NCBI GenBank assembly: GCA_973895155.1
Contig: OZ316893.1
Span: 11,537,660 to 11,601,659 of the forward strand
Length of the DNA: 64,000 nucleotides
Direction of reading: 5' to 3'
Source: Marsupella aquatica
Taxonomy: Eukaryota > Plantae > Marchantiophyta
Of the stretch, positions 35,241-48,423 are shown piece by piece. Below the pieces are notes generated by a model. It ran no database searches and was not told where the DNA came from. It was given only the letters and a program-made list of their open reading frames with translations. Numbering within the stretch: the first letter of the stretch is position 1; each line of letters begins with the position of its first letter. A program made the position numbers and the translations under genes.

Positions 35241-37448
35241 ATCCGCGTGGTGAAGAGAATGTTAGGAGATGAATGTTAGGAGATGGGTTCTCGAAGAAGT
35301 TGCTTGGAAATCATATCGAGTCCCGCTGGGCCCCCGATGACTTCCAGCACTGGCATCGCATGAGAGAAGATGCCACAAGACGTGTACGTTTTGGGCATTG
35401 GAGAGCGGAATCATCTCGTGAGGACGTGAGGTGCTTTATTCTGTGGAACTGGGGTCTAATCAGAAGATCCCGAAGTCAAACAGTGCATCTTCCTGATTCA
35501 GATCGTTTTACGAAGTCATGAAGTGACGGAGTCCTTCCGGGTCGTGTCTCTGCTCCATAGGCTCGGCGTCGACCTCATTCAGGCGGATGGTTCCCGAAGC
35601 GAAGCAAGCGAGTGGAGAAGTAGACTTGGTGGGCCCGCTCGATGCAAATTCGGAGCATTCACTTGATTGGGTGGTGCTCTTTGGACGGCGCAATCAGCGT
35701 TGTACGTTTGTAATGTCTTAGATACCATGACGAGATTGCGTGAATGTACATCAACATCAACTGACCGTGACTAGACTGCGGCAGGAGCGGGCTTGGAGAC
35801 TTTGCACCGGACTGCGTTTTGGGCTGCGTGATTTGCAAAGTGAGCGAGTCGAATGTGGTGGAGTGTAAGTTATCCAATTGAAAGGGAAGGTGATAGAGCA
35901 GCTCAAAGTGGCAGAGCAGAACTCGTTCCAAGCATGAAGCGGAAGTCGCGTCTGAAGTACAATACAGCTGCACAAAGGCCATAGATTAGCTAGCTCGTCG
36001 CGTTGAAGACGACGTTGAAGTGGAAGTGGGACTGTAGGGTGTAGGTCAAAGCAGATTTTGACTCGACCTTTTCTCCAGCATTTTCGTTCTGTCCCGAATT
36101 TCAGTGATGTCAAGTCTCAAAGTGTGCAGACCAAAATTGATCGGATCTACTGTTGTCGTTACCAATGCACGGCCAGGTGCGCAGCAGGAATCTCTGCGAG
36201 TAAATCATATCGTGCAAAAATTTCACATGAAAAAAGTAGTGCAAATCTCGTCCACGTCCCCGAAATTTAAAGTATGATACAACAATGCTCAAATCACCCG
36301 CTAACAAGAAAATTGTCTTGCTCTAATCATACCCAAAAATTCCCCCCATTAGCATCTGCAAAGGTGCCTCAGACTCGATCAACTGAAGATTTTTCATTTC
36401 TGTTTTAAATTACATTCGTAGTTGTTTGTTCAATCCTACTGGAGTGGATTTTCCATTCCGATCGAAATGTGACTTTCTTTCCGAATTTGGAACTTGGTTA
36501 TCAATGCTTGTGCTCCATTTGTCATAGCAACCTGAACCACAGATGATGGCAACAGAGAACGGTCCACCTCGGGAATGGCTATGTGTAACTCTTGATCGGC
36601 TGTCCACCGCTCCCACAAGTCCACGACCTTCGCCATGCCTAGGTGTGTTGAGAGTGACATCTATTCACTACAATTATGGAGGTGATCTACTCTGGTTTGC
36701 TCTTGACAGAGCTATGGTGGAACGTCTTGCAGGATGCACAGTCGTCTCAGCATTTTGAAGTATTGTTTTGCAGTAGGGTCATGTTCGGAGGGCTCGGTCA
36801 AGTTCCTTCCAATATTGTAAGGCCATCACTTTTTGTACTATAACCGTTTGACTAGGCCATTTAAAGGATCTCACCAAGTCAATATGGACTGTGAGGTCCT
36901 TCTTAAAAGTAAATACTTGCATCGAGGGGTCCATTGTCCGTCCGCCCGTCCGTCCGGAGGGGCGCATGGTCTTGATAGGGTTTGCAGGGAAAACAAGAGG
37001 GCACAGTTATTGACCAGTTTGAGGTTGAGAGCAATGTGAGACTGGAGCATACACTTCCAACACTAGTGAAGAGTTACGCAGGGCAGAAATTTTGAATTCC
37101 TGCGTCGAAGAGAGCCCCCCACGGAACAACGATGATAATGACCAACTGCGTGTTGCAACTGTTGAGAGAATTTGACGGTCGGAAGGGCAGAGTACTTGTA
37201 TGCAGAATTCCTTTGCTATTTCAGAACCAGTAGAAATGTGTTTAGTGACGATCCGTGGAAGGAAGAAGATCGGGTCATGATTTTGTTATAAACGATTTGG
37301 TAGAATTTGGTAGACGAAAACAAAAACGATGTTTTTGACTACCAAATGTTGAAACCATTTAACGCTAAACCTACTTCCATTTTCCAGCTACGAATCTACA
37401 CAAGAGAAGGAAAAATGTATGTCCAAGGCTATTGGAGGAGACGAGTAA

Positions 37449-39866
37449 CTAATCTTTATCACTAGAAGCTTCCCCCTTTCTCGTTACGAAAGCCTCTTTG
37501 CTCGCTTCAGCAAGAAAAACAGCTGCTTCCTCAGCTACAGTCAACCCACTCGGCCTCTTTTTTGGAGTGGAGCTCATTGCTCCTTTCTCATGTTGCCTTT
37601 TGGGGGCTCCCTTCGTGCCTAGATTCCTCAAGCTCCTCCTTTGCTCTGTAATACACATGTTAAGTGTTAGCATTCGGCTAGCCTGCAGCCAATTTAAATA
37701 GCCACTGCGACTGTCTTCGTCACTAGTCGGAAACGAAGGGAGTCTTCCTGAGAAATCGGGAATATCAATGAACAAATTGCATCGCGCAAGGACCCAGGAG
37801 AACAGGATACTACGCACGAAGAGCATCTTCGACCTACTCGCCTATCCATTCCCCTATTTTATTTTTCTCTTGTTAGAAGCTTTTGTCTCAACCAGCATAA
37901 ATAGGTCTCTCATCTTCTATGTCGTTCGAGACTGTAATGAACTTTCATTATGAAGATACGAGTAACATCTTGTGGGGTAATAACACCAACTGAAATTTAA
38001 AGAGTTATTTACCTTTCGAGAGATCGGGAATGGCATGTTCAACGAAGCGATTTGCAGCCTTAACGTCCAAGCTTGAGGCTGGCCTCCTAGGACCTGCCCC
38101 AACGTGTATGAGCCGCACATTAGATTCTTGTTTTAGCCCAGCGCGATATTTTCGTCGTCACATTTCAACATATGTCGAACAAATGGAACAGGTACTACAA
38201 GGAAAAAGTCACTCTTCTTCTGGGCAGAACAAAGTTGAGTAAAGACGAGTAAACCAAATTGGTCAAAGCGAGCATTGAAGGCATAGACCAAACGGATCAT
38301 CGTAGCAACTTGACTCTGACTAGTGGACTCATATCCTGTATTAGGTAGAAATAGTATCATCTCAAACGCCCAGAATTCGTCAAACTTCAAGTCGATAACA
38401 GAATCACGTTGACAGGATGCAGAAAGTCTATGTATTTTTCTAATCCCCATTGATATAGCTGTGATGCTAGACTCTGATGCTAGACCACAGCTGAACAAGG
38501 TCTCTAAAGAGTTGTATTCTAGGGTTAAGGGTTTAGGGATAGCGACTCTATACACTGTTGTTTAGGGTTGGCTAGACTCTCTATCCCGCATAAAATCCAA
38601 TAATTGGCAGAAACAGGATTTTCCTTCCTGGTCAATTTAGGGCATATAAATGATATAATGCTTCTCAAATCGCTGAAGATTGGACTGCAACTTAGTTCAC
38701 AGCTATTAGACAAACGAAGTATCATGATAAGACTGGAGAGTCTGGACCAGGCACAGTAAAGCAAGGAAAACATTATTATGTACCTGTGCTTCTATCAACT
38801 GCCTTTTGCACCTTATCTTGATATAAGTCAATTCTTACCTGCACACAAACCCATGTACGATTGCAAAGGGGTGAGGACACAATACTATTGTCGTCTTGAA
38901 GAAGTGCAATAGCGAAGGATGACAACATAGATGTGCTGCAAAAAGGATGACGTTGCTACCTCAACGTGTTTTGTGGAGCACGGATCAGTTTTTGTACATC
39001 ATCTTACAGGACATTCAACTTGGACAGGGGAGGTTTCGACTTAAAACAACATCGCCGAAGATCACATCATACCATTGAAACGGTGCAAACAATTACTACT
39101 GCCAACATTAAAGGAAAATTGAACTGCATTGGGTACTAAGCCAAAAGAGACTCGCAAACAATAAATAAACAGAAAGCTCCAACCAACAGTTTATCGTTTC
39201 GGTACAATGTCGTGTGCAGATCTTATGTCTCCATGTACAGAGTGCTACGGGTAAATCATTCACACGAGTCGGAAATACACACCAGTTCGCTGCTTGCGGG
39301 GTGATCGTCCGGAGATATGCCATTTGTCTTCAAGTACACTGTACAAGGAGGAATGAGCAGTTTGGTTTATTTTAATACACTCCGCCACTCGACACCGCAG
39401 AGCATGCCTTCGTAAAACCCTAAAGCTAACAATATCAAGTGCCACACAGCCGAATTGAGTCGGACTCCACTTCCTGTCGAGATAAATCATGAGTACGAAG
39501 ATACGACATAATTACATTCCAGGAACCTTCAGAAAATCCACAGGTGAGCGAGGGCTTGAAAGACTATCTTCCGCTGTACAAAGAGGATTCACTGGAAAGG
39601 GTAGGGAAAACCAAACGACTGGGCTTCAAGACGCGGAGAATTACGCTATGTCTTTCAGAGAGAGAAGAGTTACCGGTAAACAAGACTGTGAGTGCCTTCG
39701 ACAAAGCATAGAATGTGGACGCACGCTCAACGAGCGACAATTGCTCGAAAGATTCACGAGTGCAACGTGGAATCACACAGCTGAATTGCTCCTCAACCTT
39801 CTGCAGGGCACGATCTAAGTCGTCGACAGTACGCAACACCTCGGCTGGCAACAAAGCTTCCGTCAT
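37449..39866 (-). CDS. RRP47: C1D/RRP47 nuclear exosome cofactor (Sas10/Utp3/C1D family), 193 aa
   Basis: Exons 39866-39674, 39338-39283, 38838-38784, 38093-38013, 37645-37449; frame intact. Motifs LSLVERA..YALSKA, YLKTNGISPDDHP, RIDLYQDKV and LDVKAANRFVEHAIP. Confidence 0.88.
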
Positions 39867-42800
39867 TGCACCCAGCTTTCTCTCCAGAACTTCGTTTTGC
39901 GCCCCAACAAAATGTCACAGTGTAGATTCCAATCCTTGCAAATGCGAGATTACTAAATCCGCAGCTATCACTCCAGCACCAGATTTTTTGCCTCATCTAC
40001 TCCAGTAAATTAGCTGTCGAGCAAAGTTGTGATCATCATTGGGCATACCCCATGTAAAGCAAGCTTCCTCCAATTGATGAGAAATGAAGCTGCAGATTTT
40101 TGCTGCATGACCCGGAGAAAGCGATTCGAAGCCGAAATCGGAACGAGGCAAACAGTATCGAAAACGCAGTGTTAAGAATTGCATTCAGTGCTCCACTTTC
40201 GTCCTTAATACTGTGCAATTTGGGGGGACTCCTGATTAGGCCGAACCCAATATGGAGGCTAGTAGGAGATTTCAATCTACGGGTGTCAGCTGCCTTGCCA
40301 GATCTTAGGTTATATTGCGTGACTAGACATATAAAATACCAGACACGAAAGCAAGTGAATATGGCGAATTCTGGTTCATTGGTGGAGGAACTTATTAGTG
40401 TGGGTAGGACAGGTGCACCGTACGAATCTGTTGACATCCTGTTGTAGACTTAACTCGGAGATTTTGTATTTTGCCCTCTTCTTTGGATTCTTTTGCTTGT
40501 AGTCAATTAGAGCTTCTCCAACTCTATTGGGTTTGGTGAGTCAGAAGTGTCATCATCTAGTTTTGAGACAACCTACTGTCCCCTAAATTTTTGTTCTTAC
40601 CATATATCCATAAGACATGGCAGTAAGGAAGCTTCATAGGCTATGCACAAAAGTACAAAACTTCACTTCATGATGAGAATAGTTAGTGCCAATATCATAA
40701 CCTGTTTCCCATATGGCTAGAGAATTGAGGAGCCCTTTTGTACTTTTGTGTGATCCTTTTATAAACTAGTCCTTTTCCTCTTCCAGGAGTATAACAGACA
40801 ACACGGGTATCCATTGGGACTTGGGGCCAGGGTATTCTCTAAAGAGTTTTTTGAATTTGCCAGTGGGCCAATGGTGCCTGGTGTCAAAGACAAGATGCTA
40901 AGAATATTTCTTGTAAAATTTTCCTGACCATCATATCTCCCTTAATTTCATGAGAACCCCCAGATTGTGGCTACTGGACCTGTGCTGTAGTGGGAATCTG
41001 GCCAAAGATACCGCCCCCCCCCCAAAAAAAAAATGCCTGGCAATTCACAAGGAGGTGCGATTTGGAAAATCTCTCCCACTAAAAAATGCCGTGCTTGGGG
41101 CAAGCAGGGTCTCAGGTACAAGCCCCTCTTTCCTCTGTGGGGGTAGGGTTGGCGTCAATTACTTTGCTTGTGTATTTGTTGACTAGAGCAAATGGTAGGC
41201 AGAATTGACGAAAGAATTTTTCAAAAGTCTCCACCTGACATGTGTATCTGGACCATCCATTTTTTTTAAAGTAATTTGGAATAGTCTCCTACGCTGATTA
41301 TAATTCAAAGTGGCGACAGGAATTTGTAAAAGTGAGAGAAACTGAGATTGAAACCAGCACCTGTGTAGTAAACTTGTATTGAGCCTCTTTGAGACTCAAG
41401 AACTCAAGGTAAGGTAACAAAGGAGGATCTAGTGTCAATGAAAATCTAGCCTCATATCAAAGCAGATAAAAAAACAGTTCTGCAGATTGTACATCAGGTA
41501 ATGTATATGAATTTTGGCCTACCTTTGCAGTAAAGGTACAGGGTTTTAGTGTATAATAGCAAATTCTAAGTCTAGATTGAAAGGCCACCTCAAATGTGCA
41601 ATATTAAACAGTCAATGGGAATAAAATACTATTCTTGGCATGAACTTAAGCATTGTGTTACTATTTATTGGATATGGACATCATTTATGTAATAAGGTGG
41701 TACAACACCCATCCCAGAAAATTTTGCACTAAAAAACTACTAAGTAAACAAACGGTGTCTTCTGATTGGTCAAAGGAAACAATTTGAATTTCAAATCTCC
41801 AGATGTAGTCAAACTGAAGAAAAGCAATGTCCGTTCGGTAGTTCTTCTAAAGCACCCCTTAAAATATGAGAAATTCTGTTTTTGGACCGCCACATACTTG
41901 ATCTGGACACCAGATTTTAATTGGCTGAGCACTGTTCACTTGAAGCGATGGGGGGGGGCCCAAAAAAAGCCTATTTTAACCAAGTAGGTTTGGTCAGGGG
42001 CCCCGTTGAACCTAAGGTACACTTGTGTCATAGGGGTTGTTGTTGTGGGGTACCCCCAATTTCAGTTGTGGCACTAGAGTCATAGTCTAGCTTCACGCAG
42101 TAGAAGTGTAACTTTCAAAATATTTAACTCCCTCTCGCACAACATGTGTTGCACCATCCCTCCCCGAGCAGCCCTTCCTATTTCGATCTCTTCCTTCCAG
42201 CACTATCCCACCTCCTCCGCTACCTCCTCCGCTAAAGTCTCAGCTAAACACCTACTGCTTGCACCCTACTGCAACCAACTCGGGGTGTGACTGCCAGTCG
42301 TATTGTGTAGAAGGCCCCAATAAAAACAGATAAGGCCCCAATAAAAACAGATAAGGCCCCACAATGAGAGGGGCAGGTTGAGTCCAATATGGGTATTGCT
42401 AGACTCTTAATTAAGTCCACAAGATGCAGAGGGTCCCGGTTAAACCCACCCCTAGCCATGACAAAACCTAAATACACAAAGTGGCATTTATAGTACATTT
42501 TTACTTGAAATTGTGAAGCAAAGTGTCAATGTAAGAAAAATGAGTAGAGTCAAAAAGGAAAGCCTTGGACCCTTCCTCCATGTATAGGCACTGGCGGCCC
42601 AGTATTGGAGAGCAATCATATACTTAGATATATTTTTTGTGTTAACCTAATTCTACCACACTACATATGATTGGGAGAGCAATCATATACTTAGATATAT
42701 ATAATATATTGTTCGTGCTAACTTAATTCTACTACAGTACACGTGTGTCATAGAGGTTATTTTGTAGGTTACCTACTGTAGTCCCATAATAAAGCATCTG

Positions 42801-43150
42801 TAGCTGTTCGTTTCACCATCTGCATGCGGCACAAATCTTCCCTTAACCTCTTTGCATTGTCACGCTTGGCCGCTCCGATTATCGTTCCTAAATACATCTT
42901 AGAACCACGATTATCGTCCTCGAATAGTCGATTCACGAAGGGTTTGCGAAGGGATTAGGCAAGCGAGCTGTCTAATTGGTGTGATTAGTCGATCCTCCCG
43001 TACTAATCTCGCGTTGGGTGGTTGTGTTTTGGCTATGGCGGTCGCCCGTCCAGGTGTGGGACGATGAGAGGAGGCACGTAACCGTAGAACAGTATCACGA
43101 GGCAGATTTGCGGCTCCTTCGAAGCACCAAGATTGGAGCAAAGTAGCGGT

Positions 43151-43660
43151 GGAGAGGAGAGGAGAGGAGAGGAGAGGAGAGGAGAGGGATTTTATCTGGT
43201 CTTTCTTGTCAACGAGTCGGATTGATGTGCTGTTGGATTCTTGGAGCCGAGTTGGGTCCCAATTCGAGATCAAAACGGTGGACTTCACCCAATTGTGTGT
43301 TCCTTGTCAACGGAATTGAAGATTGAAGAGCTGCAGACGGGAGCCACGAGGGTTTTTTGGGGATTTGTGATGAAACCCTGTTCTTGTCGTCAGGGCGATT
43401 TGAGAGCTGTGGATGGGAAGCTGAGAGGGGTGAGATATATGTTGGAATGAAAGTCTGTTCCGTTTCGTCAGGGGAATTGAAGAGCTGAAGAGGAGAGCTG
43501 CGAGGGTTGAAATCTGTGGTGTGATGAAATTCTGTTCTTGTCGGCTGGGCTATTGAAGAGCGGGAGCTACGAGGGTTGGGATTTATGTTTTGAAAGAAAT
43601 TCTGTTCTTCTCGTCGGGGCAATTGAAGAGCTTGAAAGAGGAGCTACGAGGGTTGGGATA
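43151..43660 (+). repeat. (GGAGA)n microsatellite and ~5 degenerate 70-80-bp repeats in the lipase 5' region
   Basis: (GGAGA)n at 43151-43187. attgaagagc...gagc.acgaggg...ctgttctt.tcg units near 43320, 43397, 43474, 43552 and 43621. Confidence 0.75.
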
Positions 43661-43820
43661 TGTTGGAGCCGAACAATTGGGGAAACGCTCGCCGGATGGC
43701 TGTGAGAAGTTTCATCCTAAGGGAAAGATGACAGGCGGGATAGACGTACTTTAATCCGGTCAAGTGCTTGGTCGGAGTGTGTGTGGTTGAGGTGAATTGA
43801 GGGGCTGCAATCGGGAATCG

Positions 43821-45320
43821 ATGTCTTCCTTAGCGAAGATCATCAAAGATGATCGCCATCCCTTATGGCTGGTGGATGCAATTATCCTCTCCGCGGTTGT
43901 CTATGCCGTTGATCCGGCGGAAGAGCTCAAGGTGATGGACTCGGAGTACGGGCTCCCTCCTTCAGCTCGATACGATTTCGTCCCCGACGAGGAGCTCGCG
44001 GAGAATGGGTTCGAGAACTGCAAGCAGACGATGTTGATCGTTCGAAGCAAAACGGGTGGACACATGGTGGTGGCTTGCCGCGGCACGACCGACATCTATG
44101 ACGCGCTCACGGACCTTAACTTCATTCATCGGACCATGAGCCTTGCAGCGGGATCGGCACACGCGGGTTTCCTCGACAGGGCGAAGACAATCCCGCTGGA
44201 CTATTTCCGGAGGCTTCTCGTGAGGGGCGAAAGAATTGTGTTCACAGGGCACTCCCTTGGCGGGGCGGTCGGCTCGTTACTTGCTCTGAGATTGCTTGAA
44301 GCTACAGGGGCGTGGTGTCATGAGCAAGTGCAGTGCTACACTTTCGGTTGCCCTTTCTTTGCAGACTCCGAGCTCGCAAGGTACATCAACAAAACCTACA
44401 AGCATCACTTCGTGCACATCGTTTCTCGTAATGACATTGTGCCCAAATTGATGCCCCTGGCCTACACTCTCTACTCGGTCTGGTACGGCCTAAATGCTGG
44501 ACCTTGGGGAGACCTTGTGTCCATCTCCAGAGTAGTGTTTCTCATTGTCCAGGTCGTGAACCCTCGACTGAGAATTAAACCAGAGAAAATCCCTCTGCTT
44601 GCGGTGGGCACACATGCTCTCAAATTTGTTCCGGGCATACTCCAGTTCCTCATCCACCGCGCTCTGGCCCTAGTTCTGTCCCATCAGTCCGGCTACGGGT
44701 ACGCCTTTGCGGGCCACATGGTGCTCCTGGACACAAAGTCTAGTGATCTGGAGTATGCGGACGTCAACAAATGGACCGTGGAGCAGAATCTCAATTTCCA
44801 TTTCGGGATCACGTCACTGGACGCTGTGAAGGAGCACAGCCTGTTGAGTTATATCGATAATATATTCACTGTGAGGTCTTCGGAGATGACAAAGGGGATG
44901 ATTCAGGCAGGGGAGTCGACTACGAAGGACATCCAGGGAGACGCTCCCAAGGTTGAGGTGCATCACTCAACGCTGAGTACGAAGTTCCTTAGACAAGATA
45001 AGCCTAAGAAGTTGACGAGGAGAAAGACGTTGATAGACGTGGAGGCTGCGATGAAAGGACCTTCGGAAAGAAAGAAGAGCAAAGTTGTGAAGAAGGGGTT
45101 GAAGAGCAGGGTGGCGTGCATCATTTTTGCGCGGCGAATGCAGGAGGCCGGTCCATCTTATGTCAAGAAAGTGCACAGTAGAAGGAACACTGTTAAGCGC
45201 GTTGTGCTGATCACGATTGATCGCCTAGCAGATTTTGCCCGCCGCTTCAACACTTTTTTCCTGGTGTCCTCGGTTTTGACAGGTGCCTTCCAACTCCGCA
45301 AGTATTTGAAGAACAAGTGA
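43821..45320 (+). CDS. class-3 lipase (alpha/beta hydrolase) family protein, 499 aa, intronless
   Basis: VVACRGT, AHAGF, nucleophile elbow IVFTGHSLGG, YTFGCP, IVSRNDIVP (Asp) and a candidate His in VKEHSL. First ATG at 43821; the ORF track starts at an upstream TTG. Confidence 0.9.
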   Translation: MSSLAKIIKDDRHPLWLVDAIILSAVVYAVDPAEELKVMDSEYGLPPSARYDFVPDEELAENGFENCKQTMLIVRSKTGGHMVVACRGTTDIYDALTDLNFIHRTMSLAAGSAHAGFLDRAKTIPLDYFRRLLVRGERIVFTGHSLGGAVGSLLALRLLEATGAWCHEQVQCYTFGCPFFADSELARYINKTYKHHFVHIVSRNDIVPKLMPLAYTLYSVWYGLNAGPWGDLVSISRVVFLIVQVVNPRLRIKPEKIPLLAVGTHALKFVPGILQFLIHRALALVLSHQSGYGYAFAGHMVLLDTKSSDLEYADVNKWTVEQNLNFHFGITSLDAVKEHSLLSYIDNIFTVRSSEMTKGMIQAGESTTKDIQGDAPKVEVHHSTLSTKFLRQDKPKKLTRRKTLIDVEAAMKGPSERKKSKVVKKGLKSRVACIIFARRMQEAGPSYVKKVHSRRNTVKRVVLITIDRLADFARRFNTFFLVSSVLTGAFQLRKYLKNK

Positions 45321-47123
45321 ATTTTTCCTCGCACGCTTGTTCCTTCTATACGCGTGTGGAAGTTCGCATGGTTTCTCTATTACTCCGTGACTAAACCACA
45401 GCGAATGGACAAGATTATAAGGTTTAGGAATTTTCGATGGGACTCCACATCAAGTGGCTGTCCTATTGCACTGCGACTGGGTACTGTAGTATTTTTCGAG
45501 GATTTCGGGGAAGCCCACACTTGGTTCCAGCATCGATACCAAAGAGTGGAATTGTAGCTTGTAGTCACCGAACAGTACGCAAAGGGGGCATGATTTAAGC
45601 TCACGTGGTCGCAGGTATATAAAAGCTCTTTAATTATGCACTTGTTTGGCATAGAAGGTGTCAGCAATTTGAATATTTCGACCTTGGGCCGCAGGTATCA
45701 GAGCACCCTAGAAATTATTATCACCTTGTTTTGCCAAAAAGGTGTCAATTTATCTGGAACTGATTTGGACTTATTTGATCGACACGATTCTGGCTTCTCG
45801 TTAATTTGCAAAGGTCTCTCTCACGGCGAAAACGGAACTGGGATCATATTTCGTTCTGTGCATTCCCTCTCCCCCCGGTCATCTAGAACTCTTCATTCAT
45901 GATACCTGTCTGATGAATGCATGAGTTTTTCGTCCCAGGCTGCTTCTCCGTCTTTTGCCATGCAATGAATGTTTCTGCCTAGTTTGGGGGCTCAGTTTGA
46001 AAGGTTCCCACGTTAATTTTTGGATTCAACTTTAGTCTGCTCCCTGGCTTCCCTTTTCAAGTAATGTTTCCTTGCATAGAAAGCGTTCTCGAGATGAGTT
46101 CGTGTTATGATAATCCAACTATACCTGATTACGGATCCTGAGCACCACAACCTCGAGCTAGAGAGCTTTGCATCGAATCGACTTTGGTCATGTTGTTCAA
46201 CGAGTATTTAGTGTTTAGTCTGGGTTTGAATGGTGAATATTCGCTTTCAACGGATCATGGGCTACCCTAGGGAGGCTACGACAATTGAATTACGTGTGGC
46301 CTCCTGGTTTGTTCGCACACATCACCACTAAGCTAGCATCCAGGCCGGAGGCTGGAATCGACCTTTGAAACGAGGACAGTGGAAACCAATGAGCAGAAAT
46401 ACTTTCTTGCTGCAAATTGTCGATAAGGTGAGAGCACTGTCACTCACGTCATAGGTATGGGCAGTTTGCGAAGCGAGGGCAAATCGCCAACGGCGATTAT
46501 TTTCCCGAAATGGTTAAGACCAGTGATTGCTGCTGTTCATACTCTTGAATCTTAGAAAGCGATGCCGTAGTCGAGGTCAAATCTAAATTCCATTTGCCTT
46601 TTAGGGAAATGTTATGGCAGAGTCCGGGACTCATCCCTGCAATAGAGAGATTTATGGGCTTCAAAGCTTTTCTTCACACCTGAATATAAACTACAGGCTG
46701 CTTCATCAGAAGACTCTCCATCACAAACACGATTCCGTTTCTCAGTGAGGGACTGAAAAGGCTGGGACCATGCCACATTCTTTTCTCACCACCACTTGTT
46801 AACTTCGTGCTTTGGGACCCTTGCAAACGATAGTAAGAGTCAGTGCTTTGGGGCTCTTGCAAACGAAAGTAAGAGTCAATGTTCTGTTCGTGACAGCATA
46901 CTAATCTGGACCCACCGAAATTGCATTTTGCATTCTGCCGAATCACCAGTTTGTCCCCTGGACCACATACCTTGAAAGGAGAATTTGAACCAGTCTACTC
47001 GTAATTGCAGAGGGAACAAAACTTATCACCAGAAGTTGGTGTAACCCAGAAATGGTATTCTCTAGACGCCAGATTTCCAGAACAAATCCAGTGCATGATA
47101 GTGTTCTCGCAAGGTTCCTTAAA

Positions 47124-47362
47124 TTAAGTAGAAGAGATAACATAGGTTTTAAAAAACTCTCTGGACATCATGGTCGCTAGCTCCCCACATTGACGACCAC
47201 AAATCATTGACAGCTTCCTGTCGATTATTCCAAAGCAAAATGTTAAGTAGAAGAGATAACATAGGTTTTAAAAAACTCTCTGGACATCATGGTCGCTAGC
47301 TCTCCACATTGACGACCACAAATCATTGACAGCTTCCTGTCGATTATTCCAAAGCAAAATGT
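47124..47362. repeat. 119-bp near-identical tandem duplication
   Basis: ttaagtagaagagataac...caaagcaaaatg starts at 47124 and 47243; one substitution seen. Confidence 0.95.
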
Positions 47363-47864
47363 AATCCCTTACCCTCAGAGAATGTGAGATTGAAAACCTA
47401 CATTTGACCAGTTGATAGAAAAACACCCAAATACAACAAGTGAAGCCTTGGCGACAGGCGCTCTGACATGAAATTTGCAGGTTGCTGGTCCTAAGTTACG
47501 AATCTCTTGGTTGTAGAGGCATGGACTTACTTGTTCGACCCCAAGAAACTTTAGGCCGGCTAATTCCATAGCGCCAAGGAAGAAACGAGAACATGACTAA
47601 TACAGGATGTCAATACATCGGATTGACAGTGTACTATCTCCTTGCTCCACCTACATTTCAGCCAAATCCTAATCTGTCCGGGTCTTCATGCTGATTGACA
47701 GCCAAACCCTAATCGGTCGGGGTCTACATGCTGAGTGATAGCCCAATTCCACGGTATTACAGTAACCTCCTGGCGAGCCTTGGCTGAGAAAGCTGTGCTG
47801 AGCTGAAGGAGGCCTCGAGAGAAAAGCTCACTGGCTTCTGCCAACAAATTTGGCAAATCCTGAA

Positions 47865-48109
47865 TTTATCACTGGAAACTATGGTAGCGCTGAACTTGAG
47901 TACGAGGGTAATCAGCCAGTACTTATTATCTCTGCCTCAACGCCTCTGCTTCTAAAACTCACATCCGCTGTTATCCAGAGGGCAGGAGTTTATTACTGAA
48001 AACTATGGTGGCGGTAAACTTGAGTGCGAGGCTAATCAGCCAGTACTCATTATCTCTACCTCAACGCCCATACTTCTGAAACTCCCACTCGCTGTTATCC
48101 AGAGGGCAG
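47865..48109 (-). repeat. 124-bp tandem duplication covering the RBX1 C-terminus, stop codon and proximal 3' UTR
   Basis: cgctgttatccagagggcag at 47966 and 48090, with similar flanks. Confidence 0.9.
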
Positions 48110-48423
48110 ACCTGCCGAGTCTTCAGCCAACGACTGATGCAATGGAAGTGGAACGCATGATTGCAAACACCCCATGCAACTGTGCATTCCTCACTGGTAG
48201 CGCTGGCCTGATTAGCTTGGCACTCGATGCAGAGATCCATGATGTGGTTTCTGCAGATGGCACAGTTGTCCACAACGATATCCCAAGCCCAGAGGGCTAC
48301 GGCATTCCACTTTTTGATCTCGAACCGCTTGGGCCTCCTTGTGCTCGGTCCGGCACTGCTGCTCGCCCCTACGTCCCCTCCTGTCCCCGACGGCGTCACC
48401 TCCATATCCACCGGCGATGCCAT
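48061..48423 (-). CDS. RBX1: RING-box protein 1 (SCF/cullin E3 ligase subunit), intronless
   Basis: [41 protein letters not shown]...[33 protein letters not shown] is the near-invariant RBX1 sequence. Confidence 0.98.
   Translation of the reverse strand: MASPVDMEVTPSGTGGDVGASSSAGPSTRRPKRFEIKKWNAVALWAWDIVVDNCAICRNHIMDLCIECQANQASATSEECTVAWGVCNHAFHFHCISRWLKTRQVCPLDNSEWEFQKYGR

Noticed and set aside
34410-35245. Target-site duplication around the TRIM array
   Set aside because: The left flank tctag does not match the right flank atccg.
35270-37040. Cluster of short ORFs between the TRIM and RRP47
   Set aside because: No recognisable domain or consistent exon chain. A non-coding transcript cannot be excluded without expression data.
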